A program made the translations under genes and the position numbers. 64,000 bases of DNA from NCBI RefSeq assembly GCF_006345805.1, contig NC_043009.1, forward strand, positions 61,008,001 through 61,072,000, written 5' to 3'. This DNA comes from Octopus sinensis. Taxonomy: Eukaryota. Positions 38,879-51,905 of this stretch are shown one piece after another (the first letter of the stretch is position 1; each line of letters begins with the position of its first letter). The notes beneath the pieces are model-generated. The model was not told the origin of the DNA. It searched no databases and saw nothing but the letters and a program-made list of their open reading frames with translations.

Positions 38879-40142
38879 TAGGATATGGCTTAATCATACG
38901 TACAATCTGTATCAAGTTGTACAGGAAGATGTCATACCCAACAACTGGCATAGCAGTATTATAGTCAAATTATAGTTACAAGGGTAAAGGAAATGCCTTG
39001 GATGGTCGCAATTATAGAGATATTAAAATGCTGGATCATGTCATAAAAGTTATGGAGTTATAATCCAATCAGTTATGAGGAGAACTAATCTAGATGAGAT
39101 GTAGTTTAATTTTGTGTCAAGGAGAAGTACTTTTTTATGACCTTGAGGTCTATAAGGGTTAGAGGGGACAGACAACTGAGCTCTGGTAAACTTCTACCTG
39201 CACACTAAACTACCTGCTGTATTTGTTACTAACTCTCATTATTCTGATAGTACCCCTGTACATGGCTCTCACAAGCCATCCATTTACTCTTAGCTTCTTC
39301 AGAAACCACCGGGTTATAGAGAAAAGGATTTGACAAAAACCAAGTTCCGTAAATCCTTGAGTATAATCCACATTTTTCCCCAAATTTAAAGGTCAAAATC
39401 CCTTGTGAGTACTATATACGAGGTTAAAAAGGAAAAATATTTTCTAAGCAATGTCCGAGTCTCTATTTGCTGTCCGGCAATGTTTATTCAGATGCATTTT
39501 GTGACGTCGGGCGCAAAAATACCTTAAGCTAAGCCTGAAAGCAATGAAGTCATAAAAGAATCATCCATAACTTGCAATAAGCAGCATTTATTAAACGTTA
39601 TTACTGTTATTTCTTTATTTTCTGCAAACAAAATGCACAAAAAAGCTATGCGTTTGCATTATGTTATATATACAATAATAATAAAGGACGTTACCATACA
39701 GAGTTTTACAAACCAAGGACGTTATATAGACTTCCTTGACTCAAGTTAGAGAAGGGGTGCGTATTATACACAAGGTTTTTCAGAGGTACAGCCCCCTAAA
39801 ATCCCCTGCGTATTATACTCAAGGGCAGACTATACTTGAAGATTTACGGTAAAAATTGCTTGCTTTTCACTAAACACTTCTCCCCCAGTCATAGTACTTC
39901 TCCTTGACACAAAATTAAACTACATCTCATCTAGATTAATTATCCTCATAACTGATTGGATTATAACTCCATAACTTTTATGACCTGATCCAACATTTTA
40001 TCTCTATAATTGCGACCATCCAAGGCATTTCCTTTATCCTTGTAAATATAATTTGACTAGAATGCTGCTGTGCCAGTTGCTGGGTATGACATCTTCCTAT
40101 ACAACTTGATACAGATTGTACGTATGATTAGGCCGTATCCTA
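38879..40142. repeat. Inverted duplication of a ~250-bp RTE RT fragment (arms 38879-39131 and 39893-40142)
   Basis: Arms are reverse complements with about 14 differences by manual count; peptide resembles IPNNWHSSIIV...NLDEMQFGF..RST. Confidence 0.85.
39347..39849 (+). mobile_element. pogo/Tigger-like non-autonomous element
   Basis: TIRs ccgtaaatccttgagtata / tatacttgaagatttacgg|ta. Confidence 0.7.
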
Positions 40143-40590
40143 CTTCCCCAATTATTTTAAGTATGTCAGTGGTAATAAAAATCAACTAGCTGGTCTGTTT
40201 CAGAGAAATTTCAGGTTGGGCTCACGAATGGTTTCCTGAAATCCCTGGCCAAGCAGTGCTACAGAGAATAGGGGATTGCCAGTTTGAGATAAACTCTACA
40301 GAGACAGAGGTATCATCAGCTGGGCCTGTTCAAGATGCATACAGAACAATGAAGCTATTCTGCATGCACTTTTCTAATGCTCAAGCATTGCTAACTTGTG
40401 GAGTTATGTCAATCAGTTATGTCAATCATCCTGTAGGATGAATCCCTCTATTTGCTGAGTCCATTGTGAAGATTGTCCTGCCATCTACTTTTGGCAGGGT
40501 TTTATCTGTCTGGTGGCTTTGATAAAAGAGATTGCATGATGAACAAAACTGAAAGGGCTAAAGACAAGCTTGTTCCTCTATGGCCAAGCT

Positions 40591-40821
40591 ATTTTTTACT
40601 ACCCACAAGGGGCTAAACACAGAGAGGACAAACAAGGACAGACAAATGGATTAAGTCGATTATATCAATCCCAGTGCGTGACTGGTACTTAATTTATCGA
40701 CCCCGAAAGGATGAAAGGCAAAGTTGACCTCAGCCGAATTTTAACTCAGAACATAACGGCAGACGAAATACCGCGAAGCATTTCGTCCAGCATACTAACG
40801 TTTCTGCCAGCTCGCCGCCTT
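40591..40821 (-). mobile_element. SINE family B, 3' part of a chimeric insertion
   Basis: Full family B sequence on the minus strand. Confidence 0.88.
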
Positions 40822-40824
40822 TTG

Positions 40825-40978
40825 CCAACTGACCCGTGCTCGACCGCCGTTGGCACGGAACCCTTCTTCACTTCGGTCATCAAGGGTCTCATTCGAATAT
40901 TTGCTACTACCACTGAGATCTGCACCTGCAGTCAGCTTCACCCAGGCTCGCGCCCCTGGCTTCCATGCACGCCGTGGC
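40825..40978 (-). pseudogene. 28S: 28S rRNA-derived fragment (retro-copy)
   Basis: Minus strand gcaggtgcagatctcagtggtagtagcaaatattcgaatgagacccttgatgaccgaagtgaagaagggttccgtg matches the conserved LSU tract GGTGCAGATCTTGGTGGTAGTAGCAAATATTC...CCGAAGTGGAGAAGGGTTCC. Confidence 0.92.
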
Positions 40979-41682
40979 CCTCTATGGTCAAGCTGTCATT
41001 GACTTTTTCAAGTTTCACTTGGAAAGGAAGATGAAGGTGGAAAGGGAAAATTCTACTTCCAAGCAAATTTGTTGAAAGGTGGATGAGAATGTTGAGCTTG
41101 GTCCAGCTGAACACGGCTGCTCTGAGCATGTAACTATCAAATGGAGAAGGACAACTAGGAGAAAGCATTGCTTGGGTGATCAGAGAAATAGTGGCTCTGA
41201 GAGGTTTTCACAAGTGGTCCTTAGTATTGTTCTCTTCCCCTTTCAGATAAATTTTCTTTGGACATTTTTTTCCTTTAATTTTGTTATTCCCCCCTTTTTT
41301 TTTATATGCTTTTTATGTAATGCCACACTGTATTGTCCCCGCACCATCCTCGTTCCTTTTAACAACCACTGGACTTGATAAAGAAAAACATTATTATTAG
41401 TATGGCATGCCAGACAAGGTGCCTGGTGACATTTCATGTAGCTTTATATTCTGAGTTCAAAGGATGCCAACACCAACTTAACCATTCTGCTTTTCATTGT
41501 GGATAAAGTACCAATCAAGAACTGGGGATAGTGTAACTGACTAGCACCTCCCCACAAAATTTCAGGCCTTGTGCCTATAAGTAGAAAGAATTATTATTAT
41601 TATTATTATTTATGTGGGGGTGGGATTTATCTTTTGTGACATATAAAAAATTCCTTTTATCTTTCTCCTCCTCCACATCATT

Positions 41683-41718
<36 letters not shown>

Positions 41719-42174
41719 GAGGAGGAGGCGGGAGAGTACCAACATCTCACTCACTCTCAATGAAAGTAAACTCAGTTAACCTTTGCCCACTCCTTAATAC
41801 AATGAGTACAGCAGAGGAATGTCACCTCATTATGAAACAAAGCAAATTTACAGAAGTCTTATACAAATAGAAATATTTTCTGGCTTGTTACATCTCTGAA
41901 GTTGTACAGACGAGTTAAAAAGTGAGTTTCAAACAAGACTTTACTTCGTAGAAAATTTTTCTTAATAATATGGACTTAACCTCTAAATTTATACAATTCA
42001 GAGCAAATTTCCATTTGTAATCTGTTCAATGAAATGATATGCAAGTGTGACATGTAGAGTATACACACACACAAATACATATACATAGGAAGTGTATACA
42101 TACATGTACATATAGTAGAAACATATACATATACATACATATATATATGTGTGTGTGTGTATGTATGTATTTAA

Positions 42175-42415
42175 CACCCCCTCATATCCGCAGTTGATGC
42201 CCCACCCACACCAAACTGTATATGCATAATACCAGAGGATCAGTTAATTATGATTTTATTCAACATATTCCCCTCTCAGAGTCACACACTTATTGCAGAG
42301 GTCCTTGAGTTTTTCTAAGCCTTGTATAAAAGAACTCTGAAAGTTGGGCCTCCAGCCAGGCCTTTCATGATAACCTTAAAGCCAGGAGCTTTTCAGCCCC
42401 TCTTGATATCTCATA
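42175..42415 (-). mobile_element. Mariner-type non-autonomous remnant
   Basis: Minus-strand gaggggctgaaaagctcctggctt terminus; TA context. Confidence 0.45.
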
Positions 42416-42422
42416 CATACAT

Positions 42423-42455
<33 letters not shown>

Positions 42456-42657
42456 TACATACATACACACACACACATACATACATACATACACACACAT
42501 ACATACATACATACACATACATACACACCACATACATACATACATACATACATACACACACACATACATACATACATACATACATACACACACATACATA
42601 CACACACACATACATACATATACACACATACATTTTATGTGTGTGTGTTGTGTATTT

Positions 42658-42689
<32 letters not shown>

Positions 42690-42815
42690 CGCGCGCGCGA
42701 TCGTGGTGTGGTGTATATATATATATATATATATATTCTGTACAGGAGAGAACCGGACCATGCAAGCATGGAAAAATCAACTTTTGATTGGGGGATGGTA
42801 TATTTTATGTGTGTG

Positions 42816-42916
<101 letters not shown>

Positions 42917-43149
42917 CCAACTGCAGATTTCTTACATATGTCATGTAGAAAATAATGCCAGAGGGTGTGGTGGACGTTGTTATGCAGTGGTAAAATGTGA
43001 ATAGTTGTGACACAGGGTGTGGTAAAACGAACATTTTAATACACAAAGGAGTACTGTGTATTGTATGAAAACAGGGTGTGGTGGACATTATAATATAGTG
43101 TTCCTATATAAAAAATATATTCCCTCAAATGCTCAAAAATGCTCCCCGA

Positions 43150-43560
43150 GAAGTATTTGATAGCTTTTGTTACCTAGGTGACCTAATTGCAGTGAATGTC
43201 TCTCTGCCCCTCCACTCTCGTCTAAAGCTTAGATGCTAGACTTAAAATATGTTGGGAAAAACCGTGTTCAGTTACGTATTACCTCTGCTGGTAACAAAGG
43301 CGTATGTCCTCCAAGTGAAGGACAGATTGTATGTCACTTAAGTATGAGGTGTGATGTTACATAGTAGCAACACATAAGCCTTGAAATGCAGATGGTTTCT
43401 GAAGAGTGGGAGAAAGCGAGGTGAATATGCTCCACCGGATGTGTAATGTTAGAATTGCGTAATGGAAAGCAGAAATGAGCCGTGAGAAAAACTGAACATA
43501 AAAAGAAACGGGATGTGGTGTGCAAGACATAAAGGCCGTATAAATTATGTATAAATCATA
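43150..43560 (+). mobile_element. RTE LINE C-terminal remnant
   Basis: EVFDSFCYLGDLI and LPLLVTKA.....K.RLY motifs, frameshifted. Confidence 0.6.
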
Positions 43561-43809
43561 TATCAGTACAGGTATGTCACTGATATAGCTGTGTGAGCCT
43601 TATAATGAAGTGCCTAGTGCACAGGTGAAGACTGGTCTCAAAAGGCTGAATCTCACAAAAGGTGCTGATCAGTCAGTGTGGAATTCTGTACAGGAGAGAA
43701 TCGGACCATGCAAGCATGGAAAATCAACTTTTGATTGGGGGTTGGTATGTACAATATCTTAATTTGGGTCTCCCCTCCTCATTATGCTCTTTATTACACA
43801 CACACTTTT

Positions 43810-44140
43810 TCTCTTTCTTTCTCTCTCTCTCTTTCCTATTAATCCCTCCTCCCTCTCATTGACAGCCAATATTTTCTTTCTTTCTCTCTCTCCCATTCTC
43901 TCTCTCTCTCCCCCATTCTCTCTCTCTCTCTCTCTCCCCCATTATCTCTCTCTCTCCCCCATTCTCTCTCTCTCCCCCATTCTCTCTCTCTCTCTCTCTC
44001 CCCATTCTCTCTCTCTCTTTCTCTTCCCCATTCTCTCTCTCCCCACCTCTCTCTCTCTCTTACTATCATCCATCGCTCTGTCTCTCTCCTCCCCTTCATC
44101 TGAACTCTCTTTCCTTACTCTCTCTCTTTCATCACACCCT
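43810..44140. repeat. Polypyrimidine (CT)n/CCCCATT minisatellite
   Basis: About 7 units of (ct)n-ccccatt. Confidence 0.9.
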
Positions 44141-44812
44141 GTTTATCTCCTGTCACTCTCATTATGATGCCATGCAGTGTACTAAAACAGGATATGTCCA
44201 TGAATATCATCTTTGATCTCGTCCTCATTGTATGAGATATTTTGAGCCCACATGAATAACCTAGTGTACATACTACCAAGGAGACATTGAAACTTTTCCT
44301 CCATAGCCCAGGTTTCGGCTCCACATGTCCTGGAGACGGCCAGCATTAGGATAAAGATAAAAATCCTTCCTGAGTAATATAGACTCATAGGGTCCAGTTT
44401 TCTGGTTTCTGCGGCATTTATTTATTTTCCCCTGGATGGGATGCCACTCCATCACAGGGTTACTCACTTTTGTCAACTTAGTGAACTGGAGCAACGTGAA
44501 ATGACGTTTTCTGCTCAAGAACACAACACACCACCCAGTCCAAGAATCAAAACCACAATCTTATGATCATGAACGCAATGTCCTTAAAGGCTTAGCTACA
44601 GCACCTCCACTGAGGGCCAGTGTCTTTGACTCCCAGATACTTGATTACTGTATAACTGAACTCTTCAACTGTGGGTCTTCATTGGAACAAATTATCAAGT
44701 AGCTTTTATCCTCATTGATGGTCATGTATTCACCCATCTCTACTACTATTTTTCAGTGCTTTTGGCAGACTTTGTTGGTTACTTTTATTGTGCTGGGCAC
44801 CTGCATTGCATG

Positions 44813-44843
<31 letters not shown>

Positions 44844-45519
44844 TATCATCATTTAATGTCAATTTTCCATGCTAGAATGGAGCTGCATTTTGAAGGGCTG
44901 CACTAGGCCCCAGTCATCTGTCTTGGTGTCAGTTCTACAGTTTGATGCCCTTCCTAATGCCAACCATTTCACAGACTGTACTGGGTGCTGTATTTGTGGC
45001 ACCAGCATGAGGGCCACATGACACAGTAACAAAGGATGAAGACCACTCAACTACATTGATGCCTTTGACAGAAACACACATGGGATTTGGGATCCACTAA
45101 TGCTAACCAGATAAGAGATTCCTTGTGCAGCACTTGAAGAAAAATTACACAAGGCCGTGTTAAGACATTCACTTCCTAATCATGGGGTTTCAGGTTCAAT
45201 CCCATTTGAGCAAGTGTCTTTGATTCTAGGCCCATGATGACAAAACTCTTGTGAGTAGATTTTGGAGATAAAAGCTGGAAGTCCATTATGTATGTATGTA
45301 TGTATGTATTCTTTTTTTTCTTTTACTTGTTTCAGTCATTTGACTGTGGCCATGCTGGAGTACTGCCTTTAATCAATCAATTTGACCTCAGGACTTATTC
45401 TTTGTAAGCCTATTCTTATTCTATGGGTCTCTTTTACCAAACTGCTAAGTTATGGGGACATAAACACACCAACATCGATTTTCAAGTGATGGTGGGGGTC
45501 AGACACTCAAACACAGACA

Positions 45520-45770
<251 letters not shown>

Positions 45771-45939
45771 TGTCATTGAAGAAGTTACATACCAAGAATA
45801 GTTCAGGCTTCCAATGAAGATGATCTGAACCGAAGAGTGGATTTTGGCAAATAGTACTTGGCAAGATATATAGAATATGCACATTTTCCAATAAAGATTG
45901 AAGGGATAAGTCTACATTTAAATTAAATGACTCGAGACC

Positions 45940-46440
45940 TCTGGAGATATGTTGTGACTGTGAAGACCTGACAAATGAAGTGAGTTCATGGTTCGCAGGA
46001 TGGCCTGCTGTGCTAACCTTGGATTGTAGAGTGACCCGCTGTTCTTGAGGAGACCTTATTGAGTCAAGTACATCAACACCAACATCAAAATAAAAATCAA
46101 ATAGAAATTGTAGTTAAGACACTCATGCCGGTGACACGTAAAAAGCACCGTCCGAACGTGGCAGATGCCATCACTGCCTGACTGGCATCCATGTCAGTGA
46201 CACGTAAAAGCACCAACTGATCTTGGTCGTTTGCCAGCCTCCTTTGGCCCCTGTGCCGGTGGCACGTAAAAATACACCCACTACACTCACGGCGTGGTTG
46301 GCATTAGGAAGGGCATCCAGCTGTAGAAACACTGCCAAATCAGACTAGAGCCTGGTGCAGCCCCCATGGCTTACCAGACCCTGGTCGAACTGTCCAACCC
46401 ATGCTAGCATGGAAAACGGATGTTAAATGATGATGATGAA
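45940..46440 (+). mobile_element. RTE LINE 3' end: ORF2 stop, 3' UTR with hairpin units, (GAT)n tail
   Basis: RDLWRYVV..KT..K* followed by the UTR; ggcattaggaagggcatccagctgtagaaa; catgctagcatgg...gatgatgat. Confidence 0.75.
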
Positions 46441-47895
46441 CCATCACAATTGTACATATGAGGAACCTGAGGAACAGCATGTTAATTTCAGAAGAACATC
46501 ATGTTAATTTCTCAAGAGTTACTATAAAGTGTGGTTTACCATCAAAAGGATTAATTTGGATATTTCCTTTTTTATGGTACTGTGAATGGTTCTTCAAATG
46601 TGGAGCTGCCAGTTTTTTTCTCAGAATTTGTTTGGGAATTTTTAATTATTTTATGCACACTATGAGACTGGATGAGTGTGGGATGACGTCAGCAGCTGGG
46701 TGCATTGACCTGAAGTTGGGGCAACCAGAAGGGGTAGCCGTGAGGCGTGCGCAGGGAGCGGGGATTTCGGCCTTTCCAACGAGGGTCGTTGAGGTGTTAA
46801 GACGTGTGAAGACGTTGCTAAGGTTGGGTGAAGCAGCTGCTATCTTTAGCATTCGGGTCAGGGCTGTGACGAAGGATCCGTTACCACTGAAGGGTCTCTA
46901 TCAGAGCGAAGAAAAGGTAGGTGCCTTTATATATCGACTATCTCGCACACACTACAATGAGAACATTGATTAGAAGGCTTTCAGTCTTCTCCATCAATGC
47001 GAGGAAAAGCGAGAAATGTAAGATCCAACTCATAAAGCAAGTCAAGCTTTAATTAGATGTACCAATATCTTCTAATCATGAAAGGTGATGCAGCTGTTTA
47101 TGTCAGACCCAAAATAGATGGAGGAGAATACTATTTTTAGCTGCTAGTTATCTGTGAGCAGCTATGGTGTATAGTTTATTGGTCAGTATTACATCAGCAC
47201 CTGGTTGGTGAAGTAACTATCTATACTGCTTCCTCTCAACTGGCAGGTATAATAACCCACATACTGTATGTATATACTAAATATATACATTATATCCTTA
47301 CTGTATCTAATCAGATATTAGCTAAAAGACAAAAATCTGTCTGTCTCTTTGTCTCTGAACACAAGACTGTAAATGTTCTTCTCTTTAATGATTTCTATTG
47401 ATCGGTAACTTAAAATAAAAAGGGAATTACAGAAAGATTAGTTTTTTCAATTTTGAGGAAAAATGTTCATCTCAATAAAAAAAATGCACAAAAGGACAAT
47501 TTTACTAAGATTTTTTTACCCCTAAGATATATTTTAAACCAAAATTAAATTTTAAACACCAAAATAGTAGATTCTAAATTTAGTACATTACAACTTATGT
47601 TGATATATTTATGTTATATTTGTATTACACTGGTGACTTGAACAGAGTTCCTTAATTTATCAGTTGGCATTTCTCAACAACCGTTTAATACCAGGTAGGC
47701 TGGTATCAACAAACAAGTGTATATGTCACTATTCTTCAGACAAATCAGCACTTTAGACCTGTTGCATTGTGTCGTTGGCAGACTGTGTCATTGGATGTCA
47801 TAAGTCTATTATAGTGTTTCATCAATGCTGCTATAGTAGACAATGACGACAACGACAACTTTATACAAATACATTTTGTCCATCATTCTTCTTCA

Positions 47896-47944
<49 letters not shown>

Positions 47945-48139
47945 CAAAATAAGTTCAGTAAAATTTAGATTCCGATGAATATGGTACTTAAGTTAAAGGA
48001 ACCAGAATATAGTTTGGTATTATCCATACCATAATCACCCCATTTTGAATTATATGGATAACACCATACTATATTCTGGTGCCTTTAACTTAAGTACCAT
48101 ATTCATCTGAATCTAAATTATATATATATATATATATAT

Positions 48140-48350
48140 AGTTAATCCAAACAAGAAAGCACAAAAAAACAACAACGCGAGGACGTGGAACAAATATAGT
48201 ATTATTGGACGTTCAGGAAAGAAGGAAAGAAGGAGGGTTTAACGTTTCGAGCGGAGCTCTTCGTCGGAAACATAGGAGAAGGAAAGATCCAGAGAAGGGA
48301 AGACAGAGGGAAAAAAATCGCTAACGATACACACGCGGTTACATTTTGAA
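48140..48350 (-). mobile_element. (TA)n-embedded hammerhead-bearing element, copy 3
   Basis: High identity to 2052-2255. Confidence 0.75.
48237..48271 (-). ncRNA. Minimal hammerhead motif, CCGACGA core
   Basis: GTTT-CCGACGA-A-GAGCTCCGCTC-GAA-ACGT-T|AAAC. Confidence 0.7.
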
Positions 48351-48409
48351 TATATATATATATATATATAATTTATTTAAGGTCACAATATAGATGTATT
48401 AAAGCACTA

Positions 48410-48464
48410 CTAATTACTAATAGTTTCATATGTTGAGAGAACTCAAACATATTCTTCAGATGCA
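48410..48464 (-). ncRNA. Hammerhead motif in the loop of a fold-back
   Basis: CTGAAGA (48459-48453); stem II ATATGTTTGAG/CTCAACATAT; GAAA; ACTATTAGT; GTA triplet; only 2 bp of stem I. Confidence 0.55.
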
Positions 48465-48595
48465 AAGCACATATCATAAGGAATTAAAGAAATTAGTAGT
48501 GCTTTAATACATGTATTGTGACCTTAAATAAATAATATTTATCTCTCACCAGATGGAGTACTTTTTTGTTGAATTTTCTTCATGGATCAGTACAT

Positions 48596-48656
<61 letters not shown>

Positions 48657-49517
48657 CTGGAGATATGCTGTGACTGCGAAAACCCGACAAATAACGTGAG
48701 TTCATGGCTGCTTCCTGCACCAGCTTCACATAGCTGCCCCAGCCCATCCAAAGTACCTTGGATCGCAGGATGGCCTGCTGTGCTTACCTTGGATCATAGG
48801 GCGACCTGCTGTGCTTGAGGAGACCTATTGAGTCAAGTACATCACTCTCTCAGTATGTAATTATTGCTGTTGTTAAATGAAAAAAGCCAACACAGTTTGT
48901 CTTGGTGTGTGATGATAAATTCTTCTGTTAAATGTTTGCAGGTATTGTTCACTTACACAGCCCAAGAAACATATTTTCATTCATTAATACTAATTGGCAA
49001 GCAGTAGTGTGGGGGACAAACACACACGCACACATGATGGGCTTCTTTCAATTTCCTTCGACCAAATCCACTCATAAGGCTTTGGTTGGCCCAAGGCTAT
49101 AATAGAAGATACTTGCCCAATGTGCCATGCAGTGGGACTGAACCCACAATCATATGGTAGAGAAGCAAGCTTCTTACCACAGCCACACCTGCGTCTGCGT
49201 AGGATCATTTCTGTCATGCATAGGATCAATAACTTTTCTGTCAAGCAACACTTTGATCAAGCATGTTGCAAGATATATTTAAGGTTGGGGACATCGCTTT
49301 GAAAGGTAATCAATAAAGAGAACAATTTATCAGAAATAAATACGCTGATGACATCGACATTAATTCATTGATGGTTCAACTTCCTGCATTTCAGGAAGTC
49401 TTATAAGACAGAGTTTTGTTAGTTGTTTAACTGACTTTGTAGAATGTATAAATGAAACCAAAAAAAAAAATCATCTGAAAGCAAGCATTTAATATTAGAG
49501 ATTTATAAAATATAGGC

Positions 49518-49685
49518 ATAGGAGTGGCTGTATGGTAAGTAGCTTGCTTACCAACCACATGGTTCCGGGTTCAGTCCCACTGCGTGGCACCTTGGGCAAG
49601 TGTCTTCTACTACAGCCTTGGGCTGACCAAAGCCTTGTGAATGGATTTGGTAGATGGAAACTGAAAGAAGCCTGTCGTATATATG

Positions 49686-49716
<31 letters not shown>

Positions 49717-49945
49717 TTGTGTGTCTGTGTGTGTGTGTGTATGTTTGTGTGTCTGTGTTTGTCCCCCCAACATCGCTTGACAACGGATGCTGGCGTGTTT
49801 ACATCCCCGTAACTTAGCGGTTCGGCAAAAGAGACCGATAGAATAAGTACTAGGTTTACAAAGAATAAGTCCTGGGGTTGATTTGCTCGACTAAAAGGTG
49901 GTGCTCTAGCATGGCCACAACAGTCAAATGACTGAAACAAGTAGA
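49518..49945 (+). mobile_element. SINE family A (full length)
   Basis: Homology to 7291-7710. Confidence 0.88.
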
Positions 49946-50499
49946 AGAAAATCTGCCAACTTTTACTGGTAAATCCTGAAATATCTGCCTGTAGTTGAAC
50001 AAGCATTTTCTCTAACAAAATGATTAATGACATATCTTCAGTCAATAATGACAAAAGTAGATTAAATTATCTGGCTATATTTTCAGATCATAAAAAGAGA
50101 AATGGGTCGGCAAAATGAATCTAAAAGCAGTTGCCGCTGAATTTGTTTCCTAAAACGAGAATAGGTAGATTATAGCAAGTGGAATAATAAAGTTTCATTA
50201 TTATGTCGTTTCCATTCTGAAGAATGGCATTCTGTAATTGCTTTTTTTTTTTTTATATGAACATTAGAAGATTCAATCAAGGCATTCTGAGTCTCCTAGT
50301 CATAAAACATTACAGACCACAGTCTCAGAGAAATCATGTATTTTATTGTGTCTGTAAGCACAAGGATTTCCTTTTTAACCCTTTGGCATTTAAACCAACC
50401 ATATTTGGCCCAAACCTTCTGTCTGTTTTGTGTTTCAAATGGCTAGGTTTTGGCTCTTACACCTACCCTACAATGTCATTCTAAAAATAAATAAGCGTC

Positions 50500-50738
50500 G
50501 TCTCACTGGCACGTGAACAAAACATTCGAGCGAGGTCGTTGCCAGTACTGCTGGACTGACTCCTGTGCAGGTGGCACTTTAAAAGCACCCACAACACTCT
50601 CGGAGTGGTTGGCGTTAGGAAGGGCATGCAGCTGTAGAAACTCTGCCAGATCAGATTGGAGCCTGGCGCAGCCATCTGGTTCGCCAGTCCTCAGTCAAAT
50701 CGTCCAACCCATGCTAGCATGGAAAGCGGACGTTAAAC

Positions 50739-50771
<33 letters not shown>

Positions 50772-50772
50772 A
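50500..50772 (+). mobile_element. RTE LINE 3' UTR end with (GAT)n tail
   Basis: Same UTR as 58550-58930. Confidence 0.8.
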
Positions 50773-50950
50773 TAATCAAAGTCTCAAAGATAATGTGTGA
50801 TTAATTCAAAATTAAATGAATAAATAAGCTCTACACGTGACAAAGATATCTGAATGCTTAAGGGTTGATATTAATTTAGATTTATAATGGAAGGCAAGGT
50901 TTTATGATATCGGAAGAATATTGTCTCCTTCCATCATCTTTTTTGTTCTT

Positions 50951-51317
50951 TGTGTAGTTCAAGCTATTCACAACTGGTTTATTCACAACTGGTTTATTTA
51001 CAGGTTTCACAGGATAGGTGTAGTGTGCTGCTCTCAGCTACCATCTTTAGCCGTGTGTATTGTGCAGTAGCTCCGATAGTGTGGGTGCAAATTGCCTCCA
51101 GCCAGTGGTGTTGTTCAGCCAGCGCTGCTGAGAGTGGCGCCAAAAAGAGAGAGATTTGAATCGGGTTTTCTTTTTTATATAAAGTTTTCCATCGCGAACC
51201 TCGTGATCTCGCGCATGGCAAATGGATGCAGCCGAGGTCTTGCTCCAGTCTCGGAAATGGCAATAGCTGCCACGAGATCTCATCCCATATGGCGCTGACT
51301 GCTTGTGCCGCTACACA
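50951..51317 (-). mobile_element. Solo-LTR-like element
   Basis: 7-bp terminal inverted repeat TGTGTAG...CTACACA; minus-strand TATATAAAA and two AATAAA near the 3' end; CpG-rich. No clean TSD. Confidence 0.6.
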
Positions 51318-51569
51318 TTTAAAGGCAACAAGCTTGTGGAATCGTTTGGTGGACAAAATGTTTAGCAGCATTTCTGACAGCTTTGTGTTCTGAGTTCAAA
51401 TCCTGTCACGGTCGACTTTACCTTTCGTCTTTTTGGGGTTGATAAAACAAGTCCTTGTCAAGCACTGGGGTTGAAGTTGACTAGCTGCCTCCCCAAACAT
51501 TTTTTCAGGCCTTGAGCCATTAGCACAAAGAATATTAATTTACACTTAAAGGTGGTGAGATGGCAGAAT

Positions 51570-51905
<336 letters not shown>

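Noticed and set aside
46458-46973. 171-aa ORF
   Set aside because: It spans an AT-rich flank and an unrelated GC-rich island, with no recognisable motif.
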